Under the pieces are notes generated by a model. The model was not told the origin of the DNA, did no database searches, and worked only from the letters and a program-made list of their open reading frames with translations. The position numbers and the translations under genes are program-made. A stretch of 64,000 bases of DNA, taken from Poseidonia sp. (GTDB lineage: Archaea > Thermoplasmatota > Poseidoniia > Poseidoniales > Poseidoniaceae). How positions within the stretch are numbered: the stretch's first letter is position 1; each line of letters opens with the position of its first letter. The stretch spans positions 64,001 to 128,000 of the forward strand of contig CBFIDD010000003.1 of the NCBI GenBank assembly GCA_965661285.1. Reading direction: 5' to 3'. Below are positions 14,643-25,131 of this stretch, in pieces.

Positions 14643-15440
14643 ATGGCTGACCCAAAAGTGTGCGTTTCCCTCGAAGGCACGACCGTGAAAGAGATGGCAG
14701 ATGAAGCAGCCCGAGCAAACCTCGCCGGTGCGGATTTTGTGGAGGTTCGCTTTGACCGCTTGTTCATCAAGCGACCCGAAGCCGAAGAGGTCGAAGACGA
14801 GAACGGCGAAGTCAAACACATCATGCCCCCCGAGAACGAATGGCCCGAACGCGAGATGGGAAGCATCAACGTGGAGGAATCCATTCAAGATCTCAAGGAG
14901 AGCATCCCCCTTCCCGTCATCTTCACCGTTCGACCCAAAGACGAGGGCGGATTCTATCCCGGCGAAGAAAGCGATCGCATCGCCATCCTTGAGAAAGCCA
15001 TCGCCTCAGGCGTCCATTCGGTGGACCTTGAACTCTCCATTGAGGAGGGTGCTCGAGCAACGCTTGTTGAGACAGCCACGTCCGAGAACATCAGGGTCAT
15101 TTCCTCCATCCACAACACCTCAACCACTCCAAGTGCCGAGGAATTGGTCAACATGGTGAACGAGCACGCCAAGGAAGGTGAAATTTTCAAGTTCTGCGGG
15201 ACGGTTAACGACCACCAGGACGCCCTCCAAATCGTTGAAGCCAGCTACGACTTGAAGACCTCCAAGCACGCCTTCTCCATGATGGCCCTCGGAAATGGCG
15301 GAGACTGGGCTCGACTTCACGCTCCCGTCTTGGGGCAGTCGCTGGTCTATGCGACCATGCGCTCAGAATTCAAACTCTCCAACAAAGGGCTCGTGAACAT
15401 TCGCGACCTCAAGAACGCCTGGACGCTCATGGAGTATTGA
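14643..15440 (+). CDS. aroD: Type I 3-dehydroquinate dehydratase
   Basis: DFVEVRFD, IFTVR...EGG, VDLEL, SSIHN, Schiff-base Lys in IFKF, MALG. Confidence 0.85.
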   Translation: MADPKVCVSLEGTTVKEMADEAARANLAGADFVEVRFDRLFIKRPEAEEVEDENGEVKHIMPPENEWPEREMGSINVEESIQDLKESIPLPVIFTVRPKDEGGFYPGEESDRIAILEKAIASGVHSVDLELSIEEGARATLVETATSENIRVISSIHNTSTTPSAEELVNMVNEHAKEGEIFKFCGTVNDHQDALQIVEASYDLKTSKHAFSMMALGNGGDWARLHAPVLGQSLVYATMRSEFKLSNKGLVNIRDLKNAWTLMEY

Positions 15441-15441
15441 C

Positions 15442-16476
15442 CTACTCTTCGGATGTTGCTTCCTGTTCGAGGAAGGGGACCGGCGTTTGCTTCTGCGGTG
15501 TTGATTCACCCAATCCTGCTTGCATGTATCGCTTGTTGAGCACCACCGGCACAACAACCAGAGCCGCGAGAAGAACGAAGAGAGAGAGGGGCACCGTCCA
15601 CGGTGGCAAAAGGGCGGTTCGCTCCACGGGAATCACGGTGATGTCGGCGACGAGGACGCCGTTTGTAGGTCCGGCGTCGCCGTCGTTGGTGTTGTCCCAA
15701 GCGTCGATGACCAAATAGAAATCCTGCCATTCCGTACCGCCGAAAAGTGAACTGTACACCTCGGGCCCGTCCATCGCAACCGAAAAGGTCGCTTGCTGAG
15801 TGGTTTCGTACTGGTGGACATCTCGGTAGGTTTGCCATCCGAGCGGATTAAAGCTCCTCCATTCGGGTGGGATATCGCTGAGCAGTTCGGAATCACCCCC
15901 TGCAATATCCCAATCCTGCCACCGCCACCCACCGTGCATCATGCGGTAGACCTCTACGTAGGAATTGTATTGCGATGTGGTCATGAGGTACACGTCCCCT
16001 TGAGCCGGAACCGTCTGGTTGTCAACCAGTTCGTAGAGCGACACACAGAACGTGGTTCGATGTGAACTCGAAAGATTGAACCTCAGCATCCCGGAACTGT
16101 CGTTTCCAATCTGCATCGAGGTGTATTGCCCCGTCGTCAACGGGTCAAGCGAGGGAAGGGGCCATATTGGCGAGTACATCCATGGCTCCTCGGGGTGAAG
16201 TTGCGGGTCCCAATCATCGCCGTACTCGGCTTGCGGCTTGCCCGCTCCACGATCGTCATCATCATCTTCTTCGTAATACATGTCACCGTAGAAAAAAAGA
16301 CTGCCCGAGTTCGAGAACGGTACGAGAGCGAGGCGCTGAGCCGTGGTGTTCCAGTCCGGAGAGACGACCTCCCCCTCACACGCAGACGCAGCTTGCGCCG
16401 GTTGAATTGAGCCGAGCGATGATGAAAACAAAGCAAAAATGAGCAAAAACAAGACCGTTTTGCTACCAACTCGCAT
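15442..16476 (-). CDS. Hypothetical exported protein with C-terminal membrane anchor
   Basis: Signal peptide, acidic body, single C-terminal TM helix. Confidence 0.75.
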   Translation of the reverse strand: MRVGSKTVLFLLIFALFSSSLGSIQPAQAASACEGEVVSPDWNTTAQRLALVPFSNSGSLFFYGDMYYEEDDDDDRGAGKPQAEYGDDWDPQLHPEEPWMYSPIWPLPSLDPLTTGQYTSMQIGNDSSGMLRFNLSSSHRTTFCVSLYELVDNQTVPAQGDVYLMTTSQYNSYVEVYRMMHGGWRWQDWDIAGGDSELLSDIPPEWRSFNPLGWQTYRDVHQYETTQQATFSVAMDGPEVYSSLFGGTEWQDFYLVIDAWDNTNDGDAGPTNGVLVADITVIPVERTALLPPWTVPLSLFVLLAALVVVPVVLNKRYMQAGLGESTPQKQTPVPFLEQEATSEE

Positions 16477-16522
16477 GCTATCGCCAAACAGATGTTATTG
16501 CCGTCGGTTTTAGGACATTGCC

Positions 16523-19500
16523 TCAGCGACGTCGAAGTGGACGCACATAACCACTGCCATCGCTTCGACGTTCCTCCTTGGAGAGAATCTTTGGGGCAGG
16601 CGGGGGCATGTGGTGGTCCATGCCAAGTAAACCGCCTTGTGTTTCAACATGCTCGATGTCCGTGTAGGTTTCTGCTGCCTCTTTTGCATCCTCCTCAACC
16701 GAGGATGGCTCACGCATGACCAGCCAACCCAGAACGAGGGCTACCACGATGAGTGCGATGAACGTCGCCAACTCCGAGCCTGCATCGGCGAGCCAAGACT
16801 TCCATTCTTCGGCACTGAAGTCCGATAGGGACGGCGGCCCTTCAGGCTCGGGAACGACTTCTACGTCGGCTGTGAGCGTGTCGCACTGACCCATGCCATC
16901 GCACACCTCGACAAGGACGGTGTAGAATCCTGTGACCTCCCAGGTGTTGATGGTTCGGACCGAGGAACCTGCGACCGGGTACAACCAGTCGTTCGCAGGG
17001 TTGCCGTCTTCATCAGCATCCGTTTCGATGTCAAAGTCCCAGCGGACACTGTAATCCGTTGAAATCCGCTCATCTCGCTCGGTGATGGAGCCGTCATCAA
17101 CGTCGAGGTCGCGGTAAATATCCATCTCTTTACCGGCTTCCTCATCAAAAACATCGGCATCAAATGAAATTGAAGAGCCGACGTAGATGTTCTCCGGCAC
17201 GTAAATCTCGCGGGCCTCCGGGGGGTGGTCAACGATGACCGTGAAGGTCTCTCTGGAGACATCCCCGGTACCAAAACCGTCCCGAACGGTGAGGGAGACC
17301 TCGTAGGTTCCCGGCAAGGTGTAGGCGTGCCATGGTGTTGCTTCGTGAACCAGTGGCGTTGCGTCGCCAAAGTCCCAGGTGTACTGAACCAAACCGTTCC
17401 AATCGGGAGATTCAATCTCGAAGGGGACGTACTTTCCTTCGAACTGCCGGTCGCCATCGCGGGTACCGGCCGAGTCGAAATACAGCATTCGTTGAGGCGC
17501 AGTGACCACAGCCCCATCTTCGGTGAAGGTGTGGGACCAGCCATCAGGTACAGAGCCATCGGGGAAGACCGAAGACGTGGTGATGGGTTCGCCGTCGAGA
17601 TAGCCATCAAGAATGCGCACCTGAATGATCGGGAGCGGATTTGAAATCCGAACCGTCATGGTCCGAGGGAAACTTTCCATGCCGTCCTTGTCGGTCACGA
17701 TGAGCGTGACCGTGTGAACGCCGGGCGTGGTGAAAGTGTGGGTAGCTTGGGGGCGGTCCCCGAACGTACCGTCTGAAAAGGTCCAATTCCAAACCTCGAT
17801 GTCTGTGGAATCGCCGACCGTGCCGTCGGGGTCCATGCTGTCAAGACCGTCAAAGACATAGGCGGTATCGACTTCTCCGTCTTCTTGCCTGAAATCAATT
17901 TCTCGAGAACCTGTAGCGGAGAGCGTTCGAACATCAAAGGTCGCCACTGGCATTTGGTTCAGGACCACAACGGTCAACACGGCCGTTGCTTGACTGCCAT
18001 CGTCGTCGGTGACCGTCAACGAGACCGTTTTGTTGCCAGGAACATCCCAGGCGACGATGGGGTTGACAGCGCTGCTGGTGATCGCAGAAAAATCATCGTT
18101 GCGAGTGGGTGTGCCGGTTCCGACACGAACACCGTCTGGGAAGGACCAAGCGTGGGTCAAAATTTCTCCGTCGTCGTCAACAAAAACATCGGGCAGCACC
18201 AAACTCGTATACGTCATGGTGGTCATGGTTTCGGAATACACCTGGATAGGAACGCGGTTGTTGATGGTGACCTGGATGGTTTTCACACCGGCGTTGATGC
18301 CATCCGACACCGTCAAGCTCAGGTTAAACACGGCGCTCTCACCGTTGATGTCGTTCCATTCGTGTTGTTCTGCGTACGCACCCTGGCCTCCGCTGGAGGT
18401 GCCGTCACCCCAATTCCATTGGAAATTCAGGTATTCCGTGGGAACATTGTCCACCGTACGTCCTGCGGAGAAAAGAATACGCTGACCGGTCAAGAGGGAA
18501 ATGTTGTCCTCAATCACCACGTTGTTCACGGTGATGACGGGGAGGGGTTCGGTGATGTCGCTCACGTTGATGGGGTGAATCTGCGTTTCCGACCATGTTC
18601 CGCCTCGGTCTTGGACCCGTAGCGTTGCATTGTAGGCGCCGACTTCGGTGTAGGGACGCAGGGGTGATTTGAGGTTTGAAGAGGCGTTGTCGCCAAACAC
18701 CCAAGCATACGCAGTGGGCGAGTCAAGGTAGGGCAGGCTGTTGTTGGAGAGGGAGAGGCCCCACGCGTCAAAACCAGCCCCTTGGAACTGAATGTTTTCC
18801 CACGTCTGAACATCGCTCAGCGATACGCTTCCGTTGGCCACGGGTTTCATGTTGTTGAGCATCTGCGGCGAGGTTTGCAGCGTGTCCACAATCTCACCCA
18901 GCATGTCCTTCATGACCATCTCAAAGGCGTACTGGTCGCCCAGTGGCGCCGTGAAGTAAACCTGACCATCGACCGAAACACCGCCGCCTGCTGCAACACG
19001 GTCGGTGATGGTATCAACGAGTTCGCCGCTGCTGTCACGGACCTTGATTTCAACATCCAAATCCTCGAAGAAGGCGTTTGAAAGCACGCCGTAATTGATG
19101 GCGACGGTGTCTTCCATTCCATCACCATCACGGTCCGATAACACGGTGTTGTTGAGCGAAAGCGTGGCGGGAGAGGTAATGCGGGCTGCCTCGATGTCGA
19201 CGGTTCCTTCCGGGTAAGAAGGACCGCAGGAGGTGTAGTCGCAATCCGCCACGGTCGAGGCGTACCAAGTGATGACCCAAACCTCGTCGGTCAGATTACC
19301 AAAGCCAGGAACAAGTCCCGTGGCGACGTTGTTAGCGAAATTGAGGTCGGTGACGCTCCACAGCCCATCGGAAATCGCCTTGGTGACGATGACGCCGTCA
19401 AATTGGCTCTTATCAGCGGTGAGGCGGAGGGTCAGTGGCGCCGGCGAAGCACTGCCGGGCGTGAACTTGAACGAACGCATGCCCCAGCCTTCAAGCGTAT

Positions 19501-20737
19501 TGCCCGTTGACGACCAAGGCGTTGACCAGTCACTGTTGATGTCGGTCGGCTGAGCACGACAAAAGGCGCCGCCGGTGCACACCGGATTGAGATCAAGGTT
19601 CGGATAGCCGTAAATTCCCTGGTCGGAATCAAGGGTCGCTGCGATACTGAAGTTCGCAAAGGCTTCGTTCATGGTCCTTCCAAGAAGGCCGACCTGCCCG
19701 CTTTGAGGCGAGAGAAGCAGGTTCTCAACGCCTCGACCACCCGTGGCCGAATCCTGGACGAGTTGCCGAACTGCAGGGCCTCCACCGAGATGTTCAGCGA
19801 GGTACATGGTGAACATGTAGCCTGCCCCGTAATCGGCGATGCGCTGGTTCCACCAGCGCACCGATTGTTCCGGTGCTCCGGTCCATGCATTGACGTGCCC
19901 CGTCAAGGTGGAATCTGCGCCGAAGCAGAGGTAAATGGCAACGTCAGCATTTCCCTCATCGATCCACAGATTCTCATAAGGGTCCAAGGCGTTGTGCAGA
20001 AGGTGTTCCAACTCGTGTGCCAAGATTGAGCGACCCCAAGAGAGCGTGATGTCGGCGTAGTCAACGAAGACCGCTTCTCGGGAGGACGAAAAGGAAGGGG
20101 CAAAGTAGCCACCCGTGTTGTATGCGCCGTCGATGTCGTAGATCACGATTTGAACCTGGCAGTTGTTGTCAATGTCGGGGGGAGCAAGTCCTCGTCCGTC
20201 TTGGTAGTCCTTTCCGTAGTACGTGGTCATCGTGGGGTAAATGGTGGAGTCCCACGTGCTTGCGAGGTTGTTGAGCACCGTTGAAGAGAGCGTTCGCCCG
20301 CTTTGGACGATGAAGGCAACCGTGTTGGTCGTTTTGGCGACGTAAGCCGAAATTGAACCGCCCGAAATGGGGACGGTCAAGGTGTCGCCGACCGAGTGGG
20401 GCGTGCATGCGCGCCCCGAGGAGCGAGCCAGAGACGGTTCAACCACCATGTCGTCAACACCAGGTCGGCCGGCGTCAATCCATGCTTGTCGCATGAATTG
20501 TGTGGCGGAAACAACCGGCTCTTCCTCGTGAATAAACAAATACTCACTCCCATCACCAGGGTTGAATTCATCAAGATCTCCAATGATGGTACCCCCTGCA
20601 TTGTAGGCGGGAGCGGAACCCGCTTCTTCACCCGATGTTGCTGCAACGGAAAGCAACAACGGGGCGGTGCTCGAGAAGAGCATCAAGAGCATGAAAAGAA
20701 TGGCTGGACTGGTGCGTCGTTCCGACATAAAAACCAC
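16523..20737 (-). CDS. Cell-surface zinc metallopeptidase (M30/hyicolysin-like) with multiple PKD domains
   Basis: Signal peptide; AHELEH...WIDEG; repeated PKD cores WVFGD, WNWGDG, WTFSDG, WDFGD; C-terminal TM. Confidence 0.8.
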   Translation of the reverse strand: MVFMSERRTSPAILFMLLMLFSSTAPLLLSVAATSGEEAGSAPAYNAGGTIIGDLDEFNPGDGSEYLFIHEEEPVVSATQFMRQAWIDAGRPGVDDMVVEPSLARSSGRACTPHSVGDTLTVPISGGSISAYVAKTTNTVAFIVQSGRTLSSTVLNNLASTWDSTIYPTMTTYYGKDYQDGRGLAPPDIDNNCQVQIVIYDIDGAYNTGGYFAPSFSSSREAVFVDYADITLSWGRSILAHELEHLLHNALDPYENLWIDEGNADVAIYLCFGADSTLTGHVNAWTGAPEQSVRWWNQRIADYGAGYMFTMYLAEHLGGGPAVRQLVQDSATGGRGVENLLLSPQSGQVGLLGRTMNEAFANFSIAATLDSDQGIYGYPNLDLNPVCTGGAFCRAQPTDINSDWSTPWSSTGNTLEGWGMRSFKFTPGSASPAPLTLRLTADKSQFDGVIVTKAISDGLWSVTDLNFANNVATGLVPGFGNLTDEVWVITWYASTVADCDYTSCGPSYPEGTVDIEAARITSPATLSLNNTVLSDRDGDGMEDTVAINYGVLSNAFFEDLDVEIKVRDSSGELVDTITDRVAAGGGVSVDGQVYFTAPLGDQYAFEMVMKDMLGEIVDTLQTSPQMLNNMKPVANGSVSLSDVQTWENIQFQGAGFDAWGLSLSNNSLPYLDSPTAYAWVFGDNASSNLKSPLRPYTEVGAYNATLRVQDRGGTWSETQIHPINVSDITEPLPVITVNNVVIEDNISLLTGQRILFSAGRTVDNVPTEYLNFQWNWGDGTSSGGQGAYAEQHEWNDINGESAVFNLSLTVSDGINAGVKTIQVTINNRVPIQVYSETMTTMTYTSLVLPDVFVDDDGEILTHAWSFPDGVRVGTGTPTRNDDFSAITSSAVNPIVAWDVPGNKTVSLTVTDDDGSQATAVLTVVVLNQMPVATFDVRTLSATGSREIDFRQEDGEVDTAYVFDGLDSMDPDGTVGDSTDIEVWNWTFSDGTFGDRPQATHTFTTPGVHTVTLIVTDKDGMESFPRTMTVRISNPLPIIQVRILDGYLDGEPITTSSVFPDGSVPDGWSHTFTEDGAVVTAPQRMLYFDSAGTRDGDRQFEGKYVPFEIESPDWNGLVQYTWDFGDATPLVHEATPWHAYTLPGTYEVSLTVRDGFGTGDVSRETFTVIVDHPPEAREIYVPENIYVGSSISFDADVFDEEAGKEMDIYRDLDVDDGSITERDERISTDYSVRWDFDIETDADEDGNPANDWLYPVAGSSVRTINTWEVTGFYTVLVEVCDGMGQCDTLTADVEVVPEPEGPPSLSDFSAEEWKSWLADAGSELATFIALIVVALVLGWLVMREPSSVEEDAKEAAETYTDIEHVETQGGLLGMDHHMPPPAPKILSKEERRSDGSGYVRPLRRR

Positions 20738-20815
20738 TGAACAGAATCGTAGGACTGATTCCCAAGTCTACGAGATGAAAGGAGGTATTTAAGAGTCCGT
20801 GGTTGAGGCGTCATC

Positions 20816-22009
20816 ATGCATCAAGCAATCGGGTCGAAAAGCACCCGCTTCGCAGCCGTTCTCACGGTCGTCGTGTTGATGTGCGCAACCACGGTGGTTC
20901 AAGGAACGCCCTCATCCGGAAGTGGCTATCATCAAGCCGATCGTTGCGCCGCCATCGAAAACCTGCAATTTGACGGCGACGCCGCCAACGCCTCGGTTCA
21001 ATGGCAAGTTGACCTTGGCCCTCGCCTCCCAGGAAGCGACGTTTCTGAGACGTTCCGAGACACCATCACCACCAACCTGACGGCTTTGGGATACGAAGTT
21101 ACCCAAAAAGAGCATCAACGCTACGACATGAACTTGACCAACCTGTTTGCGACCTGGAGCCCCGAGGGCGACTCCATGGGGCAACTCGTTCTCTCCGCCC
21201 ACTACGACTCAAGGAACATTGCCGACCAAGACACCAACGAAAGCAACCGTACGCTCCCTGTTCCGGGAGCAAACGACGCCGCCAGTGGCGTCGCCGTGTT
21301 GCTTGAACTTGCCAAACACATTCCTTCGATGGGTCTGAACCACGATGTGGTTCTGTTCTTCAACGATGCAGAGGACCAAGACCAAGCTTACACGCTCGGT
21401 GCTGAAGCATGGGCAGAGAATTTGACAGCAGAGGAGATTGCCTCCACACACGCCTTTGTCCTTTTGGACATGGTCGGCGACGCTGACCTGCAGCTGCACA
21501 ACGTGCTGCCTGGAAACGACTCGCTCAAAGGACGGGTGGTCGAACTCGCAGGCGACCTCGGCATGGTGAACGGAACGACCGGTTGCGATGGTGAGGCAGG
21601 ACAAGACATCCTCCAATACGACACCCTTGTCGGGGTGCTGGACGACCATGTTCACGCCCACGAGCTCGGTATCCCGAGCATCGACATCATGGACACGTCG
21701 TACGGGGAGCCCAAACCCTACACTTTCGGGAGTTACTGGCATACGATGGCAGACACGCCCGACAAAGTGAGCGCAGAATCTCTGAGCGCCGTTGGGAGAT
21801 TGGTCGAACTCGGACTGCGAACCCATGCTTTTGTTGACATCGCACAAGACAACAACAGCGAGGAGGAAACACCGAGGGATCCCACACCGGAAGAGGCCGA
21901 TGATGAGGACGAACAACAGGGGTCGAAGACCCTTGCCTTGCTTGCAGCATTGGGCCTCATTGCCATCCTCGGACTGATCTTCATGGTTGAATGGAAGGGA
22001 AAACCCTGA
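20816..22009 (+). CDS. M28 family peptidase/glutaminyl cyclase-like, membrane anchored
   Basis: SAHYDSR, GANDAASG, DAED, LLDMVG, DDH, YWHT.D motifs; signal peptide and C-terminal TM. Confidence 0.88.
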   Translation: MHQAIGSKSTRFAAVLTVVVLMCATTVVQGTPSSGSGYHQADRCAAIENLQFDGDAANASVQWQVDLGPRLPGSDVSETFRDTITTNLTALGYEVTQKEHQRYDMNLTNLFATWSPEGDSMGQLVLSAHYDSRNIADQDTNESNRTLPVPGANDAASGVAVLLELAKHIPSMGLNHDVVLFFNDAEDQDQAYTLGAEAWAENLTAEEIASTHAFVLLDMVGDADLQLHNVLPGNDSLKGRVVELAGDLGMVNGTTGCDGEAGQDILQYDTLVGVLDDHVHAHELGIPSIDIMDTSYGEPKPYTFGSYWHTMADTPDKVSAESLSAVGRLVELGLRTHAFVDIAQDNNSEEETPRDPTPEEADDEDEQQGSKTLALLAALGLIAILGLIFMVEWKGKP

Positions 22010-22078
22010 TGAGGGTACGCGGTTGTTGAGCAAAGAGGTATTATCCGCGCACGCCGTCGCCGCAACAGGAGGGCACCC

Positions 22079-22924
22079 ATGGAAACCGATCGTGAACAGC
22101 GTATGGAAGCCCTACGAGCACGGGTCAAAGCCAAAAAAGAGGCTGCGCTGGTGGGCGAGCCAGAACAAGAACTCGTGGTGAGCACCGCCGACATCGAAAA
22201 CCCGAGATCCGAGGCCGAGGACGAGTGGTACGCCATGATCGACCGGGACGCAGACCGGTGGCGAAACCTTGCAGCAGCCCTCATTTTCATCGGCAGTATT
22301 CTGGGCATGATGAGCGGCGCATTGATTCTACAAGGCAACCCGTCTGAACTGCTCAACACCTCGTTTTTCGCGGAAAGCGACACCGTGGACATCTCCGGTA
22401 CAGCGCTCGAAGATGTTGAAGGGAACGGCGTTGAAAACGTCTCGGTGGAACTGCTGGATGCCGATTCAAAAGCGGTGCTTCAGTCCACCAGCACGGACAC
22501 CTTTGGCTACTTTTCAATGACGAATGTGCAACAAGAACTTCACATCATCGTCTTCTCAAAAGAGGGCTACACAACGGTGGAGAGGACGTTTGTCCCCGAC
22601 AATGTTGGCCTTGACCCCGTGACCATGAAACCGGGCAACGGCACGCGAGAAGAGAGCGATGAACAATCCATTTCTGGCTGGACGTTGGACAACGCTGTTG
22701 GTTTGTCAACCGCCATTGGGCTGTTGACGATGATCACGGCGCTGCTCGGGGTGCAGTCCGCGGTTGAAATTCGTAGAGGAAAGCACTACCGCCGAAGCCA
22801 GTACCTTGCAACGGGAGCCCTCTTCAGTCGTGGTCTCATCATCGTTGGACCAGCGTTGATTCTCTTTGGTATGATCGTCAACCTCTTTGCCAAAGAGGAC
22901 TTTGAAGACCAGAGAGAGGATTGA
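22079..22924 (+). CDS. Membrane protein with carboxypeptidase-regulatory-like beta-sandwich domain
   Basis: TM helices flank ISGTALEDVEGNGVENVSV...TDTFGYF...SKEGY. Confidence 0.7.
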   Translation: METDREQRMEALRARVKAKKEAALVGEPEQELVVSTADIENPRSEAEDEWYAMIDRDADRWRNLAAALIFIGSILGMMSGALILQGNPSELLNTSFFAESDTVDISGTALEDVEGNGVENVSVELLDADSKAVLQSTSTDTFGYFSMTNVQQELHIIVFSKEGYTTVERTFVPDNVGLDPVTMKPGNGTREESDEQSISGWTLDNAVGLSTAIGLLTMITALLGVQSAVEIRRGKHYRRSQYLATGALFSRGLIIVGPALILFGMIVNLFAKEDFEDQRED

Positions 22925-24294
22925 GCATGTACTTGATTTCTGTCGAGGGGGGTGACGGGTCAGGAAAGGGCGAAGCAGCCCGAATCCTGGGCGAGTTGCT
23001 CGGTGAGTTTCCGTTTCCCGAGGTCATCATGACCCACGAGCCCCGGCGACACAGCGAATTGGGAAAATTGGCCCTTCAGTCTGTTAAACTCGGAAATAAA
23101 ACCCCCCTCGAAGAGGCGGGGTTGTTTGCTGCTGACAGGCTTGACCACTCCCACACGTTCATTCGGCCCCACCTCGCCAAAGGAGCCGTGGTGATTTCAG
23201 ACAGAAACATCCACTCCTCACTCATCTACCAGGGCGTTGTTGGTGATATGGGGCTGGAGAAGGTCGCCAGCATGAACGCAGCAGCCATGATTCCCGACCT
23301 CGTCTTCTGGATTGATTGCGACCCAAAAAAAGCCATGAAGCGAATCAAATCCGGCACCTTGCGGATGACCAGCCAAAAGCAAGAATATTTCGAAACACAA
23401 GAAATTCAAACCACCATTCGCCAGGGCTTCCACGACTTGTTCGGAGCGTCGGGCACGGTCCCACCGCCCTTCAACCAGTGTCACGTTGTTGGACCCATCA
23501 TGAACGAGGGCGGGCTGGATGAATTGAAGACGAAACTTCGTGCAGAACTTCGACGGTTCTTCAACAAAAAGCAGCTCCCAATTAACGTTGACAGGGACGA
23601 GGTTGACCGCAATTTACTCAACGCCTTGGTCCACGATGTCAAAAAACAACGCCGGCTTCCCGGAGCGCCACAGGAAAAGACAGCGATTCACATCGGCTGG
23701 TTGGGCGGAAAGTCCCCCGCTCAGTGGATGACGGAAGCCGAAGAAAACTGGCCGGCTTCTTCAGCACGGGACCACGATGTTCCCGCCTCACCGCTCGCTC
23801 ACTCGTGCTGGTCTGTTCTTGGAACACTCTCGCTCATGGTCGGGTCAAGCGAAGTGCCGCGCCTCCATTCAGCACTGGGGCCCGTTCGTATGGTGACCCA
23901 ACGTCATACGCAGCGCCTCATCAAGTGGCTGCTCGCTGAACACTGGGTGCATAAACAACAAAATCACACCCCGTTCAGCGATGCCCAACTCTTCAAACTC
24001 CGAGAAGAACGGGTCGGATTCGCTCGGCTCACCCTCGCCATGTGGCCACTGCGAACACAACTGGCATCCTGGCGGCGGGCCAACAAAGACAAAGCATGGA
24101 CGGAAGCCTTGGAAGACCTGTTTCACGTCGAGGAAGGGCGAAGTCTTTCAGCAGCGTTGACCAAAGCCGTTCACGATATCAACCAGCGCCTCACGATTCT
24201 CACCAGCGGCCACGAGGGTTGCCCTTTACCCGAAACTGCACGGGAACTGTGCGCATGGTGGGCGCTTCAGCCTCCAAATCATTCCGTTTCCTGA
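22921..24294 (+). CDS. tmk: Thymidylate kinase with long C-terminal extension
   Basis: EGGDGSGKG P-loop, THEP, LFAADRLDH, VISDR, SSLIYQG, PDL; about 240 extra C-terminal residues. Confidence 0.85.
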   Translation: MSMYLISVEGGDGSGKGEAARILGELLGEFPFPEVIMTHEPRRHSELGKLALQSVKLGNKTPLEEAGLFAADRLDHSHTFIRPHLAKGAVVISDRNIHSSLIYQGVVGDMGLEKVASMNAAAMIPDLVFWIDCDPKKAMKRIKSGTLRMTSQKQEYFETQEIQTTIRQGFHDLFGASGTVPPPFNQCHVVGPIMNEGGLDELKTKLRAELRRFFNKKQLPINVDRDEVDRNLLNALVHDVKKQRRLPGAPQEKTAIHIGWLGGKSPAQWMTEAEENWPASSARDHDVPASPLAHSCWSVLGTLSLMVGSSEVPRLHSALGPVRMVTQRHTQRLIKWLLAEHWVHKQQNHTPFSDAQLFKLREERVGFARLTLAMWPLRTQLASWRRANKDKAWTEALEDLFHVEEGRSLSAALTKAVHDINQRLTILTSGHEGCPLPETARELCAWWALQPPNHSVS

Positions 24295-25049
24295 TCGGTG
24301 GTGCGAACCAAGGTAAACGACGCATTTCCGGGCAAAAGAACCTGCCCAGCACCCACGAAGGCTTCGGCTCGTGCAGAGAACATGGCGCACATCAAGATAC
24401 CAAGACCAAGACCGAAGGGGATGCCCGTCAACACTCGCTTGATGTTGGTGGATTCGTAAGCGGTCAGCAGTTGGAGAAAGCCGTCGAAAATAAGCGGAAG
24501 ACACAACAGCATGCCGCATGCCAACCAGAGCAACGTCCGTCGGTTATTGGCATACACGCCATCCAACATCCTCTCAGGCAGCAACGACAGGCAGGTATCG
24601 CGAACAGTCCAACGGTTCCAACCTCGCCTCGTGAAGACCACACCGCCCAAAAAGAGACCGAAGAAAATCCCGACATCACGGGTGCAGACAGGAAGTTGGT
24701 TGTTGTTTACTTCCCAGGAACGTTCGTGTTTTTGATGACAGTTGACGTCACCGAACGCGTAGATGAAGGCGGCATAGGGATTCACCTCGTTCCAAGAAAA
24801 TACAGCGTGGGTGTGATTGCCTTCGCCATCGTGTTCATGGGGGAAGTTGTTTTGATTCCCATTCGAGCCGAAACCCTCCTCATCTCGAAAATCAACGGCG
24901 TTTGCTCGACCCTCCATCGGCCCGACGGTCCCGGCTTCGAGGGTCAATGGAGCAAGAAAAAAGGAGATGAGGAAAAAAGCAGAGACGCCCAACACCCATT
25001 TGCCAACCTTGGACTCCCGATTTCGGTCGAGAAGGCCGTTGCGCTCCAT
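24279..25049 (-). CDS. DUF2085 membrane protein
   Basis: NCHQKHERS...QLPVCTRDVGIFFG and DG..QL...YES.N..R.LTG pattern; start set at ATG 25049. Confidence 0.8.
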   Translation of the reverse strand: MERNGLLDRNRESKVGKWVLGVSAFFLISFFLAPLTLEAGTVGPMEGRANAVDFRDEEGFGSNGNQNNFPHEHDGEGNHTHAVFSWNEVNPYAAFIYAFGDVNCHQKHERSWEVNNNQLPVCTRDVGIFFGLFLGGVVFTRRGWNRWTVRDTCLSLLPERMLDGVYANNRRTLLWLACGMLLCLPLIFDGFLQLLTAYESTNIKRVLTGIPFGLGLGILMCAMFSARAEAFVGAGQVLLPGNASFTLVRTTDQETE

Positions 25050-25131
25050 GATGCAAACACTTCTCCAAACCTTTTGATTCTTTTTATGGCCAACCAAGCC
25101 TTCAATGCCTCAAGCCGTCTGAAGCACCATC

